The translations under genes and the position numbers were made by a program. Positions 42,655-58,792 of a stretch of 64,000 bases of DNA are shown piece after piece. Within the stretch, counting starts at the first letter, position 1. Every line of letters begins with the position of its first letter. A model generated the notes under the pieces. The model made no database searches and was not told where the DNA came from. It saw only the letters and a program-made list of their open reading frames with translations. This stretch comes from Eledone cirrhosa (Eukaryota): NCBI GenBank assembly GCA_964016885.1, contig OZ024741.1:309442001-309506000 (forward strand), written 5' to 3'.

Positions 42655-42897
42655 TTGCATTACCAAATAAGTGCAAGGATTTCAAAAGCTGCTGCAGTAA
42701 TGTACCAGCTTCAGCATTCAGTGATCAGAAGAAAAGAGGTGGGTGTAATAGCCAAACTCGGGATCGTGCCAACCCTGACCTGTAGTCATGAATCTTGAGT
42801 AATGACCGAAAGAGTACGGTCGCGAATACAAGCGGCCGAAATAGGGTTCCTCCGAAGGTTCTTTGGAGTAACGTCATTCGATAAAGTGCGTAACTCT
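42655..42897 (+). mobile_element. RTE LINE fragment
   Basis: ISARISKAAAVM..VPTLTCSHES*VMTERVRSRIQAAEIGFLRR..DKVRNS. Confidence 0.75.
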
Positions 42898-43739
42898 TAA
42901 TTCTATTTCTGTTGCTTCCCTAATTTGTCTACTTGTTGAGTAATTCCTATGTTTAGATAATATTTTAATTTCTATATTGTTTATATTACCATCATGTCTT
43001 AGTCTGGCGTGTTCATGTAGTACCGAACTGTCTTTTTGTCCTTTTTAGTACACGCCGGTGTTCATCTATAGCAATAGAATTAAAGAAACCGAAGCTAAAC
43101 AGAAAACATAAATGGAATAACAACAACCATACACAAACAGACAATAGTGATCTATGATAAATATAAATAAATATACACAGGTACAATAACAACACCCACA
43201 CATAAACACACATTAGTGACCAAAGATAGAATACAAACACATACACACTCAGACACGAACAAACACAAACAGAAAACACGCGTACAAACGCATACGTAAA
43301 CAGAGACAACAGTAAATAAATAAAATAAAATAAGAAAACATTACAGCAATACAATGTGAGGAAATATAATAACATCCTTGGTGATGTCACAGGTGTGTGA
43401 CTAAAGAACTCTAAGAAACTACACTTATGTCTATATTTTTAACTGTTGGTCAATCAATGATAAACATTGATTGCTAGTTGAATTATAAAATATACTGAAG
43501 CGAAAACCAACCCAAACCAAACAGTAAGTGTATTTTACTATATATTTCTGGCAATGTTATAACATGATCCTCCCCAAATATAACAATATTTGTTTCAACA
43601 CACGATTTCATATCAAAAACCTTTCTATTCGAGCGTATGAGACTGATTGACAAAAAGGAAAGATGCTTGTGGTTTTATTAATCATTGCGCGTGCGTAACC
43701 GGAAGCTTCTGACGGAAAGCATTACAATTATACATACAT

Positions 43740-44282
43740 ATGATATGGGACAGGGAAAAGAAGGCATGCACAGCAGATGCCAATATAATATCAAAGATTA
43801 GCGAAAAGGAGAATATTTATGCAGAACTGATGAGAAATCTGCAGATACTCCACCCTGATTACACCTTCAGATTTATGCCTGTGATTATTGGGGCACTGGG
43901 GTATGTTAGTAACTGCCTCAATACAAATCTTGAGAAGCTAGGCTTCACAGGAACAGAAAGAACACGACTAGTTAGGAAATTACAAGTACAATTACAGTTA
44001 CAATGGAACAGTAAAAATATGTAAAACATTCCAAAAATGTTGCATCTAATAACTGCATATACACATGTACAGATACTAATCATATACACATGCACACATA
44101 CAACTCAAAACATACACATCCACACATACAATAACATCCATATCTACACATGCATGCATGCAGACATGCATACATATCTACCTAGTTGATGTTGTGTAAA
44201 TTCCAATGAGAGAGTCTTGTGTCTATGTTAGAAACCGACTCTCTCTCTATTGGCAAACATTTATGACATTATAAAACCAGAA
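43740..44282 (+). mobile_element. R4/Dong-type LINE 3' end (RLE domain + 3' UTR) in (CATA)n
   Basis: IWDREKK..KISEKENIYAEL..PVIIGALG; flanked by catacata on both sides. Confidence 0.8.
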
Positions 44283-44541
44283 CATACATGCACACAGACA
44301 TACATACATACATACATACATACATACATACACACATACATACATACATACATACATACATACATACATGCATACATACATACATACATACATGCATGCA
44401 TGCATACATACATACATACATACATACATACATACATACATACATACATACATACATACATACATACATACATACATACATACATACATACATGTATAGA
44501 GAAATAAAAATACAGGCTGCCCGATATCTACCTATGTAAAC

Positions 44542-44615
<74 letters not shown>

Positions 44616-44629
44616 TTAGATAGATAGAT

Positions 44630-45325
44630 AAGTTTCTTTATTAGCCACAGGAGAACAAAAGAAGGGGACAAATACAAAGGGGGAAGTTTACTTACAATAA
44701 AAACGTGTAAAATACTATCACAAATGCAATTTAAAAACAATCGATTTTCCCCAATAGGGGGGGACATTACATATGGGAAACACATACCCCCGAAAAAATG
44801 TGCAACCCTCATCTCCAGGAGTACGAAGAGTGAGTACCCCCTTCCTCTCTTCCTCTTTTTCCTCAACCTACAGGCTGATATAGAGAGAAGGCCCATTCAC
44901 TCGGGCCATTCTCGCTACTTTCACCCACCTTTCATAAAACTTGCTGGAGTACAGCACCTCTCTCTCTATCCTGATTCTTCTTCCAAAGTGGTATTTGAAA
45001 AAAAGAATCAGTTGTTGGTCGGAGAGAAAGGTGTCTGACCTCAGCCCCTTTAACCTCGTCCACCATACAACCTCTTTCGCCATAGCTATCACACAGAGAA
45101 AAACCGCCTCTCCTTCGTTTTTGAAGGAGGGTGGCGGTTTGATCATGACAATGAACTCAGTGGTCAACCGGATTGGTCCCACCCGCGACAATAGTCGTTC
45201 TACATAGCCCCACAGGTCGGTAACGCCGGGCAGTGTACGAATGCGTGCGCGACGGTTTCTTCGTCTCGCACGCATCTCGGACAGATCTTTTTCGAATGGT
45301 CCCTGCCCGGGCGCCTGTGTCTGTA
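44630..45325 (-). mobile_element. Tx1/L1-clade LINE 3' end in (GATA)n
   Basis: CPRCVRDEETVAHAFVHCP zinc knuckle, frameshifted to LWGYV..AKEVVWWTR..FYERW; AATAAA just before the microsatellite. Confidence 0.75.
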
Positions 45326-45419
45326 GAAATAGATAGATAGACAAACACGGACTTTTACACATACTCATACCCATATGAGATACATTCAGAATTCATATAT
45401 ACTAGATATACATGCACAG

Positions 45420-45487
<68 letters not shown>

Positions 45488-45839
45488 ACATTTTTACACA
45501 TACATACACACCACAAGTACACGCACATATACAGGACACGAAACCAAAATACTAACGCGCACACACATGTACGCCATCATACAGACACAAACACTACACA
45601 CACTCACATATCACACGCGCACACACTCACGCATCACACTCACACACACACAAACACCATACAAACACACCACACAAACACCATTCAAAGTACACACATA
45701 CTACACATACTACACACACTGATACATCATACACCCAAACACAAACAGCACGCACACTCACTGACACATCAAACGCTCACAAATACCACATACATAGACC
45801 AAACAAACCACGCACCACATACACACATGCTACACACAT

Positions 45840-45872
<33 letters not shown>

Positions 45873-46308
45873 CACAAAGTACACACATACACATACAACC
45901 CAAAACCACACAAACACAGACAGCACACACATACACACACACACCAAAAAACACCACACAAAGTGCACACATACTACACACACACACAGACATACACACA
46001 CACAAGCACAAACAGCACACACATACACACAAACAGCACACACATACACACACAAACAGCACACACATACACACACAAACAGCACACACATACACACACA
46101 CAGCACACATACACACCACAAAAACACCAGACAAACACACCACACCATGAAAACACCGCACAAAGTATACGCATACTACAGACACACACGCAGACACACA
46201 TGCAGACACACACACTTACACACACACACACAGATACACACACACACACATTTACACAGATACACACACACACATTTACACACACATTTACTCACACACA
46301 CATACACA

Positions 46309-46349
<41 letters not shown>

Positions 46350-46484
46350 ACACACACACACTATACTGCTCCGACGATCACGGGGCCAATAAAGTCAGCT
46401 TTGTTTCACTCAAAGTAATTTCTCTGGGGGCACTTGGACACGTGCAGGCGCCATAAGATTATATACTGGTTTGTAGTGTAACAC

Positions 46485-49400
46485 CCAACACTGCCACCAC
46501 ACTACTACCACCACCACACTACCACCACCACACTGCCACCACCACACTGCCACCACCATGCTGCCACCACCATACTACCACCACCACACTGCCACCACCA
46601 CACTGCCACCACCATACTGCCACCACCACACTGCCACCACCACACTGCCACCACCATACTGCCACCACCACAGTGCCACCACCACACTGCCACCACCATA
46701 CAGCCACCACCACACTGCCACCACCACACTGCCACCACCACACTGCCACCACCACACTGCCACCACCACACTGCCACCACCATGCTGCCACCACCATACT
46801 ACCACCACCACACTGCCACCACCACACTGCCACCACCATACTGCCACCACCACACTGCCACCACCACACTGCCACCACCATACTGCCACCACCACACTGC
46901 CACCACCACACTGCCACCACCACACTGCCACCACCATGCTGCCACCACTATACTACCACCACCACACTACCACCACCACACTGCCACCACCACACTGCCA
47001 CCACCACACTGCCACCACCACACTGCCACCACCACACTGCCACCACCACACTGCCACCACCACACTACCACCACCACACTGCCACCACCACACTGCCACC
47101 ACCATGCTGCCACCACCATACTACCACCACCACACTGCCACCACCACACTGCCACCACCATACTGCCACCACCACACTGCCACCACCACACTGCCACCAC
47201 CACACTGCCACCACCACACTGCCACCACCACACTGCCACCACCATGCTGCCACCACTATACTACCACCACCACACTACCACCACCACACTGCCACCACCA
47301 CACTGCCACCACCATGCTGCCACCACCATACTGCCACCACCACACTGCCACCACCATGCTGCCACCACTATACTACCACCACCACACTACCACCACCACA
47401 CTGCCACCACCACACTGCCACCACCATGCTGCCACCACCATACTACCACCACCACACTGCCACCACCACACTGCCACCACCATACAGCCACCACCACACT
47501 GCCACCACCACACTGCCACCACCACACTGCCACCACCATGCTGCCACCACCATACTACCACCACCACACTGCCACCACCACACTGCCACCACCATACTGC
47601 CACCACCACACTGCCACCACCACACTGCCACCACCATACTGCCACCACCACACTGCCACCACCACACTGCCACCACCATGCTGCCACCACTATACTACCA
47701 CCACCACACTACCACCACCACACTGCCACCACCACACTGCCACCACCATGCTGCCACCACCATACTGCCACCACCACACTGCCACCACCACACTGCCACC
47801 ACCATGCTGCCACCACCATACTACCACCACTATACTACCACCACCACACTGCCACCACCACACTACCACCACCATACTACCACCACCATACTACCACCAC
47901 CATACTACCACCACCATACTGCCACAACCATACTACCTCCACTATACTACCACCACCACACTAACGCCCAACACTACCACCACCACACTACCACCACCAC
48001 ACTACCACCACCACACTACCACCACCACACTACCACCACCACACTACCACCACCACACTGCCACCACCATACTGCCACCACCATACTGCCACCACCATAC
48101 TACCACCATCACACTACCACCACCACACTACCACCACCACACTACCACCACCACACTACCACCACCATACTACCACCACCATACTACCACCACCATACTG
48201 CCACAACCATACTACCTCCACTATACTACCACCACCACACTAACGCCCAACACTACAACCACCACACTACCACCACCACACTACCACCACCACACTACCA
48301 ACACCACACTACCACCACCACACTACCACCACCACACTACCACCACCACACTACCACCACCAACCACACTACCAACATCACACTACCACCACCACACTAC
48401 CACAACCACACTACCACCACCAATACCCCAACCACACTGCCACCACCACACTACCACCACCACACTACCAGAACCACACTACCACCACCAACTACCCCAA
48501 CTACACTGCCACCACCACAATACCACAACCACACTACCACCACCACACTACCACCATCACACTACCACCACCACACTACCACAACCACACTAGCACCCAA
48601 CACTACCACCACCACACTACCACCACCACACTACCTCCACCACACTACCACCACCACACTACCACCACCACACTACCTCCACGACACTACCACCACCGCG
48701 CTACCACCACCACACTACCACCACCACACTACCGACATCACACTACCACCACACACTACCACCACCACACTACCACCACCACACTACCAACATCACACTA
48801 CCACCACCACACTACCACAACCACACTACTACCCAACACTACCACCACCATACTACCGCCACCACACTAGCACCACCACAATACTACCACCACCACACTA
48901 GCACCACCACACTACCTCCACCACACTACCACCACCACACTACCTCCACCGCACTACCACCACCACACTACCACCACCACATTACCACCCAACACTACCA
49001 CCACCACACTACCACCACCACAATACCACAACCACACTACCACCACCACAATACCACCACCACACTACCACAACCACACTACCACCCAACACTACCACCA
49101 CCACACTACCACCACCACACTACCAACATCACACTACCAACATCACACTTCCACCATCACACTACCACCAACACACTACCACCACCATACTACCACCACC
49201 ACACTACCACCACCACACTACCACCACCACACTACCACCACCACAATACCACAACAACAATACCACCACCACACTACCACCACCACACTACCACAACCAC
49301 ACTACCACCCAACACTACCACCACCACACTACCACCACCACACTACCAACATCACACTACCAACATCACACTTCCACCATCACACTACCACCAACACACT

Positions 49401-52400
49401 ACCACCACAATACTACCACCACCACACTACCACCACCACACTACCACCACCACACTAGCACCACCACATTACCACCCAACACCACCACCAACCACACACC
49501 ACCACCTACCACCAACACACTACCACCACAATACTACCACCACCACACTACCACCACCACACTACCACCACCACACTAGCACCACCACATTACCACCCAA
49601 CACCACCACCAACCACACACCACCACCACAATACCACAACCACACTACCACCACCACACTACCACCACCACACTACCACCATCACACTACCACCACCACA
49701 CTACCACCACCACATACCACCACCACACTACCTCCACGACACTACCACCACCGCGCTACCACCACCACACTACCACCACCACACTACTGACATCACGCTA
49801 CCACCACACACTACCACCACCACACTACCACCACCACACTACCAACATCACACTACCACCACCACACTACCACAATCACACTACTACCCAACACTACCAC
49901 CACCATACTACCACCACCACACTAGCACCACCACACTACCTCCACCGCACTACCACCACCACACTACCACCACCACAATACCACCCAACACTACCACCAC
50001 CACACTACCACCACCACACTACCACCACCACCCTACCACCACCACACTACCACCACCACACTACCACAACCACACTACCACCACCACACTACCACAACCA
50101 CACTACCACCACCACACTACCACCACCACAATACCACCACCACAATACCACAACCACACTACCACCACCACACTACCACCACCACACTACCAACATCACA
50201 CTACCACCACCACACTACCACAACCACACTGCCACCACCACACTGCCACCACCATGCTGCCACCACTATACTACCACCACCACACTACCACCACCACACT
50301 GCCACCACCACACTGCCACCACCACACTGCCACCACCACACTGCCACCACCACACTGCCACCACCACACTGCCACCACCACACTACCACCACCACACTGC
50401 CACCACCACACTGCCACCACCATGCTGCCACCACCATACTACCACCACCACACTGCCACCACCACACTGCCACCACCATACTGCCACCACCACACTGCCA
50501 CCACCACACTGCCACCACCACACTGCCACCACCACACTGCCACCACCACACTGCCACCACCATGCTGCCACCACTATACTACCACCACCACACTACCACC
50601 ACCACACTGCCACCACCACACTGCCACCACCATGCTGCCACCACCATACTGCCACCACCACACTGCCACCACCATGCTGCCACCACTATACTACCACCAC
50701 CACACTACCACCACCACACTGCCACCACCACACTGCCACCACCATGCTGCCACCACCATACTACCACCACCACACTGCCACCACCACACTGCCACCACCA
50801 TACAGCCACCACCACACTGCCACCACCACACTGCCACCACCACACTGCCACCACCATGCTGCCACCACCATACTACCACCACCACACTGCCACCACCACA
50901 CTGCCACCACCATACTGCCACCACCACACTGCCACCACCACACTGCCACCACCATACTGCCACCACCACACTGCCACCACCACACTGCCACCACCATGCT
51001 GCCACCACTATACTACCACCACCACACTACCACCACCACACTGCCACCACCACACTGCCACCACCATGCTGCCACCACCATACTGCCACCACCACACTGC
51101 CACCACCACACTGCCACCACCATGCTGCCACCACCATACTACCACCACTATACTACCACCACCACACTGCCACCACCACACTACCACCACCATACTACCA
51201 CCACCATACTACCACCACCATACTACCACCACCATACTGCCACAACCATACTACCTCCACTATACTACCACCACCACACTAACGCCCAACACTACCACCA
51301 CCACACTACCACCACCACACTACCACCACCACACTACCACCACCACACTACCACCACCACACTACCACCACCACACTGCCACCACCATACTGCCACCACC
51401 ATACTGCCACCACCATACTACCACCATCACACTACCACCACCACACTACCACCACCACACTACCACCACCACACTACCACCACCATACTACCACCACCAT
51501 ACTACCACCACCATACTGCCACAACCATACTACCTCCACTATACTACCACCACCACACTAACGCCCAACACTACAACCACCACACTACCACCACCACACT
51601 ACCACCACCACACTACCAACACCACACTACCACCACCACACTACCACCACCACACTACCACCACCACACTACCACCACCAACCACACTACCAACATCACA
51701 CTACCACCACCACACTACCACAACCACACTACCACCACCAATACCCCAACCACACTGCCACCACCACACTACCACCACCACACTACCAGAACCACACTAC
51801 CACCACCAACTACCCCAACTACACTGCCACCACCACAATACCACAACCACACTACCACCACCACACTACCACCATCACACTACCACCACCACACTACCAC
51901 AACCACACTAGCACCCAACACTACCACCACCACACTACCACCACCACACTACCTCCACGACACTACCACCACCACACTACCACCACCACACTACCACCAC
52001 CACACTACCACCACCACACTACCTCCACCACACTACCACCACCACACTACCACCACCACACTACCTCCACGACACTACCACCACCGCGCTACCACCACCA
52101 CACTACCACCACCACACTACCGACATCACACTACCACCACACACTACCACCACCACACTACCACCACCACACTACCAACATCACACTACCACCACCACAC
52201 TACCACAACCACACTACTACCCAACACTACCACCACCATACTACCGCCACCACACTAGCACCACCACAATACTACCACCACCACACTAGCACCACCACAC
52301 TACCTCCACCACACTACCACCACCACACTACCTCCACCGCACTACCACCACCACACTACCACCACCACATTACCACCCAACACTACCACCACCACACTAC

Positions 52401-55400
52401 CACCACCACAATACCACAACCACACTACCACCACCACAATACCACCACCACACTACCACAACCACACTACCACCCAACACTACCACCACCACACTACCAC
52501 CACCACACTACCAACATCACACTACCAACATCACACTTCCACCATCACACTACCACCAACACACTACCACCACCATACTACCACCACCACACTACCACCA
52601 CCACACTACCACCACCACACTACCACCACCACAATACCACAACAACAATACCACCACCACACTACCACCACCACACTACCACAACCACACTACCACCCAA
52701 CACTACCACCACCACACTACCACCACCACACTACCAACATCACACTACCAACATCACACTTCCACCATCACACTACCACCAACACACTACCACCACAATA
52801 CTACCACCACCACACTACCACCACCACACTACCACCACCACACTAGCACCACCACATTACCACCCAACACCACCACCAACCACACACCACCACCACAATA
52901 CCACAACCACACTACCACCACCACACTACCACCACCACACTACCACCATCACACTACCACCACCACACTACCACCACCACATACCACCACCACACTACCT
53001 CCACGACACTACCACCACCGCGCTACCACCACCACACTACCACCACCACACTACTGACATCACGCTACCACCACACACTACCACCACCACACTACCACCA
53101 CCACACTACCAACATCACACTACCACCACCACACTACCACAATCACACTACTACCCAACACTACCACCACCATACTACCACCACCACACAAGCACCACCA
53201 CACCACCACCACCCACCCCCCACCACCCCCACCACCCCCCCACCACCACGACACCCCCCACACCACCACCCACACCACCCACCACCACCACCCCACCACC
53301 ACCCCAACCCACCACCACACCCCCCCACCACCCCACACCCCACCCCACACCACCACCCCACCCACACCCACCACCCACACCCACCACCCACAACCACCAC
53401 CACAACCCACCACAACCACCACCACCACCACCACCACCCCCACACCCACCACCACAACCACACCACCACCCACCACACACCACCACACCCACCCCACACC
53501 ACCACACCACCACCACACCCACCACCCACCACAACCCCCACCACCCCCACACCCCCCCCACACCCACCACCACCCAACCACCACCACCACCCACCACCCC
53601 ACAACCACCACCACAACACACACCACACCCACAACCCACCCCACCACCACACCCCACCACCCACCACAACCACACCACCCAACACCACCACCACACATAC
53701 CCACCCACCACACTACACCACCCACACTACCACCACCACACACCACCACCCAACCACACAACACCAACACACCCACCCACTCACCAACCACCCACCACAC
53801 TACCACCACAACACCACCACCACACAACCACCAACACACAACCACCCACTCACCTACCACCCACACTACCACACCAACAACACCACCCACACTACCCCCA
53901 CTACCCACACCACCCACCACTACCACCACCACACTACCACCAACACACCACCACCCACTACCACCACCACACTACCACCACCACACCACCCACCACTACC
54001 ACCACAACCACACACCACCACACAACCACCCACACCACCACATCACCACCACCATCACTATAGTCCACCACCACACTACACAACACACCACCACTACTAC
54101 ACACACCACACCATCTAAAAACCACATCACAACAACCCACAACCACACCAAACCCCCAACCACCACTATAACCACACCACCCCAGTACTATAACCACACC
54201 ACCCCCACCACTATAACCACACCACCCCACCACCATAACCCCACCACCCCACCACTATAACACACCACCCCACCACCATAACCCCACCACTATAACCACA
54301 CCACCCCCACCATATAACCACACCACCCCCACCACCATAACCACACCACCCCCACCACCATAACCACACCACCACCACCACTATAACCACACCACCCCCA
54401 GTACTATAACCACACCACCTCCACCCCTATAACCACACACCCCCACCACTATAACCACACCACCCCCAGTACTATAACCACACCACCACCACCACTATAA
54501 CCACACACCCCCACCACTATAACCACACCACCCCCAGTACTATAACCACACCACCACCACCACTATAACCACACTACCTCCAGTACTATAACCACACCAC
54601 CCCCAGTACTATAACCACACCACCACCACCACTATAACCACACTACCTCCAGTACTATAACCACACAACCCCCACCACTATAACACACCACCCCCACCAC
54701 TATAACACACCACCCCCACCACTATAACACACCACCCCCACCACTATAACCACACAACCCCCACCACTATAACACACCACCCCCACCACTATAACCACAC
54801 CACCCCCACCACTATAACACACCACCCCCACCACTATAACACACCACCCCCACCTCTATAACCACACCACCCCCACCACTATAACCACACCACCCCCAGT
54901 ACTATAATAACACCACCTCCACCACTATAACCACACCACCCCCAGTACTATAATAACACCACCACCACCACTATAACACACCACCCCCACCACTATAACC
55001 ACACCACCCCCACCACTATAACACACCACCCCCACCACTATAACACACCACCCCCACCTCTATAACCACACCACCCCCACCATTATAACCACACCACCCC
55101 CAGTACTATAATAACACCACCCCCAACACTATAACCACACCACCCCCAGTACTATAATAACACCACCCCAACACTATAACCACACCACCCCCAGTACTAT
55201 AATAACACCACCCCCAACACTAAACCACACCACCCCCAGTACTATAACCCCACCACCCCCAGTACTATAACCCCACCACCCCCAGTACTATAACCAGACC
55301 ACGCCAACACCATAACCACATCACCCCCACCAGCATAGCCACCCCACCCTCAACACCATAACCATCCCACCCTCACCACCATAACCACACCACCCCCAAC

Positions 55401-55993
55401 ACCCTAACCACACCACCCCCAACACCATAACCACACCACCCCCAACACCATAACCACACCACCCCAACACCATAACCACACCACCCCCAACACCATAACC
55501 ACACCACCCCCAACACCATAACCACATCACCCCCAACACCCTAACCACACCCCCCCCCAACACCCTAACCACACACCCCCCAACACCATAACCACACCAC
55601 CCCCAACACCATAACCACACCACCCCCAACACCATAACCACACCACCCCCAACACCATAACCACACCACCCCTAACACCATAACCACACCACCCCCAACA
55701 CCATAACCACACCACCCCCAACACCATAACCAGACCACCCCCAACACCCTAACCACACCACCCCCAACACCCTAACCACACCACCCCCAACACCCTAACC
55801 AGACCACCCCCAACACCCTAACCACACCACCCCCAACACCATAACCACACCACCCCCAACACCCTAACCACACCACCCCCAACACCATAACCACACCACC
55901 CCCAACACCCTAACCACACCACCCCCAACACCCTAACCAGACCACCCCCAACACCCTAACCACACCACCCCCAACACCATAACCACACCACCC
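46485..55993 (+). repeat. (CCA)-derived satellite: 14-bp CCACCACCACACTR units changing to ~23-bp units, with an internal ~3.3-kb duplication
   Basis: Directly visible; 46936 onward is repeated at 50254 (offset 3318). Confidence 0.95.
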
Positions 55994-56279
55994 AGTCTTG
56001 ACAGCCTGTCCCATATGACTGTTGCCAATGCCAGCTAAAAACCAATAATGAGGCCTTAAAACTAACCTTTGGCATCGCCACTATCATTGGACTCCACTCC
56101 ACCTCGGCTGTCACGAACAAAAGCCAACGAGTCTCACAAAGAATGAGTGTGTATTCATGTGCTCACTTGACATGCTTGAAATAACAACCAAATCTCCCTC
56201 GAATCACACTCTCGATAGGATGAGATGGGGTGGCGTAGTTACTACTGCTAGATTAGTTTAGTGTGAGATCTATAGCGAA

Positions 56280-56925
56280 ATAATTGTTTCTACTATTAGC
56301 ACAAGGCCAACAATTACTCAGTGCATTACTGGTAGCTGAATCCCTTTGCAATTTGGTCTGCGGGGCCCAACTGAGCTATACGGCCGAGACTGGCACGCAG
56401 AATGTGCCGTTCCCTCCCTACTTTCTCTTACTTCTGCTATTTATTTAAGAATTTGTTTAATAAAATTTACAACCAAAATTTGCTGAAGGAAAAATCAAAT
56501 AATTAAAATCATACAAATCAAACTAAGAATAATTGTTTCTACTTTTTGGCACAAGGCCAGCAATTACCAGTACATTACTGGTACTTTATTTTATCGACCC
56601 CGTAAGGATTAAAGGCAAAGTTAACCTCGGAGGGATTTGAACTCAGATCATAAAGGGACGTAACTCTATGCTTCAAAGCATGGCGTCCGACCCTCTACCG
56701 ATACTGCCAATCCACCGCTAAGAATAATGGTTTCTGATTTAGGCACAAGGTCAACAATTTGAGGGAGAAAGGAAAAGTCGATTAAATCGACCCCAGAACA
56801 TTAGTGGTACCTTATTTTATCGACCCCGTAAGGATAAAAGGTAAAGCTAACCTCGGCGAAATTTGAACTCAGAATGTAAAGGGCCATAACTATGTCCGAC
56901 GACCTACCGATTCTGCCAAACCAGC
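56280..56925 (-). mobile_element. Cluster of CORE-type SINE copies
   Basis: Three copies of the ggcacaaggcc../atcgaccccgtaagg../gaactcag family, one of them partial. Confidence 0.8.
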
Positions 56926-57487
56926 ATCACTATCACAATGATATATGATTGTACAATGTAGGAGAACGCATTCCGATGTGCAGAACATTAGGAGTTTGCC
57001 GCTTCATGGTGCCAGCAAACAGAATGGAGAAAGCGTTCCCTCGGCAGATAGTGAGGTAGACGCGTTGAAATACGAATTACAACTCGCGAGGCTCACTCTT
57101 GCAGATGGTCAACTGTGATCCGATAGCAGTGAGTAGGAAAGCAGTTCGGTATCTGAGAAGACCAGAAGTCTCCACCGCTATAGGTTGAACAAGAAACCTA
57201 TCAGAAAGCGACTGATACTTCAACAGCTTTCCAACTTCAGCTTGTCGGGCAACGAAACCTGGGTCTGTCGTCGAATTCGCCAGGTTGCCACTAGAGAAAG
57301 TGTCGCTGCATATCAGGTCTCAGAAGAGGGGCTTGCCATCGTGGAACGGATAGATTGCGATGCCATCTTGCTTTTTGTTCGTGATGGTATGTCTGTGTGG
57401 TATGTCTGTGTGTGTATCAAATATAAATAAAAATAGCTGTTTAGTGAAAAAACAAAACAGATATATGTGTGTGTGTGTATATATATA

Positions 57488-57595
<108 letters not shown>

Positions 57596-57722
57596 TGTGT
57601 GTGTGTCCGTGTGTGATCCTGTGTGTAATCATACATACAAGTAAATGCCATGAAACACGGTTTTCATTTCACTGAGATGGAAACAATTCACAGAAACCCT
57701 ACTTATATTCTTAATCTCTTTC

Positions 57723-57800
<78 letters not shown>

Positions 57801-57840
57801 TCTATTTACATACTCTATTTACATACATATCATATAAATA

Positions 57841-57906
<66 letters not shown>

Positions 57907-57968
57907 TATACATATACATATATACATATATATATATACAGTATATATACATATATACAGATATATAC

Positions 57969-58061
<93 letters not shown>

Positions 58062-58073
58062 CAGTATATATAC

Positions 58074-58343
<270 letters not shown>

Positions 58344-58712
58344 GTATATATACACGTATACATACATATATGCATACACACATAATAGCTTCTCGGTGAG
58401 AAAGCATTCTGCCATATATCACGACTGTGTTCCGAACTGGAGTGTCCGGAGAGTCACTGGAATAATCAGCAATGAAACGTATCTATAAATATTATTAATA
58501 CGCACGTCTATGTATTCTACAAACAAACAAACATATATGTATACGTGTGTGTGTGTGCGTATGTGTGTGTGTGTGTGTGCGTGCGTGTGTGTCTGTATGT
58601 ATGTGTGAGTGTATATGGGTATATATGTGTGTATTAATGTATATGCATATATATGTATACACATATATTTATGTGTGGGTGTGTGGACATATGTATATAT
58701 ATACATATACTG

Positions 58713-58792
<80 letters not shown>

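Noticed and set aside
43685-43720. NRF1/ETS-like promoter motifs (gcgcgtgcg, ccggaag)
   Set aside because: Short motifs between TE fragments, with no linked gene.
53190-53950. Irregular C-rich segment as a distinct element
   Set aside because: Looks like degenerate satellite or a low-quality consensus.
46505-55756. Long Pro/His/Thr- or Val/Trp/Gly-rich ORFs (up to 742 aa)
   Set aside because: Open in several frames and on both strands; translations of the CCA satellite.
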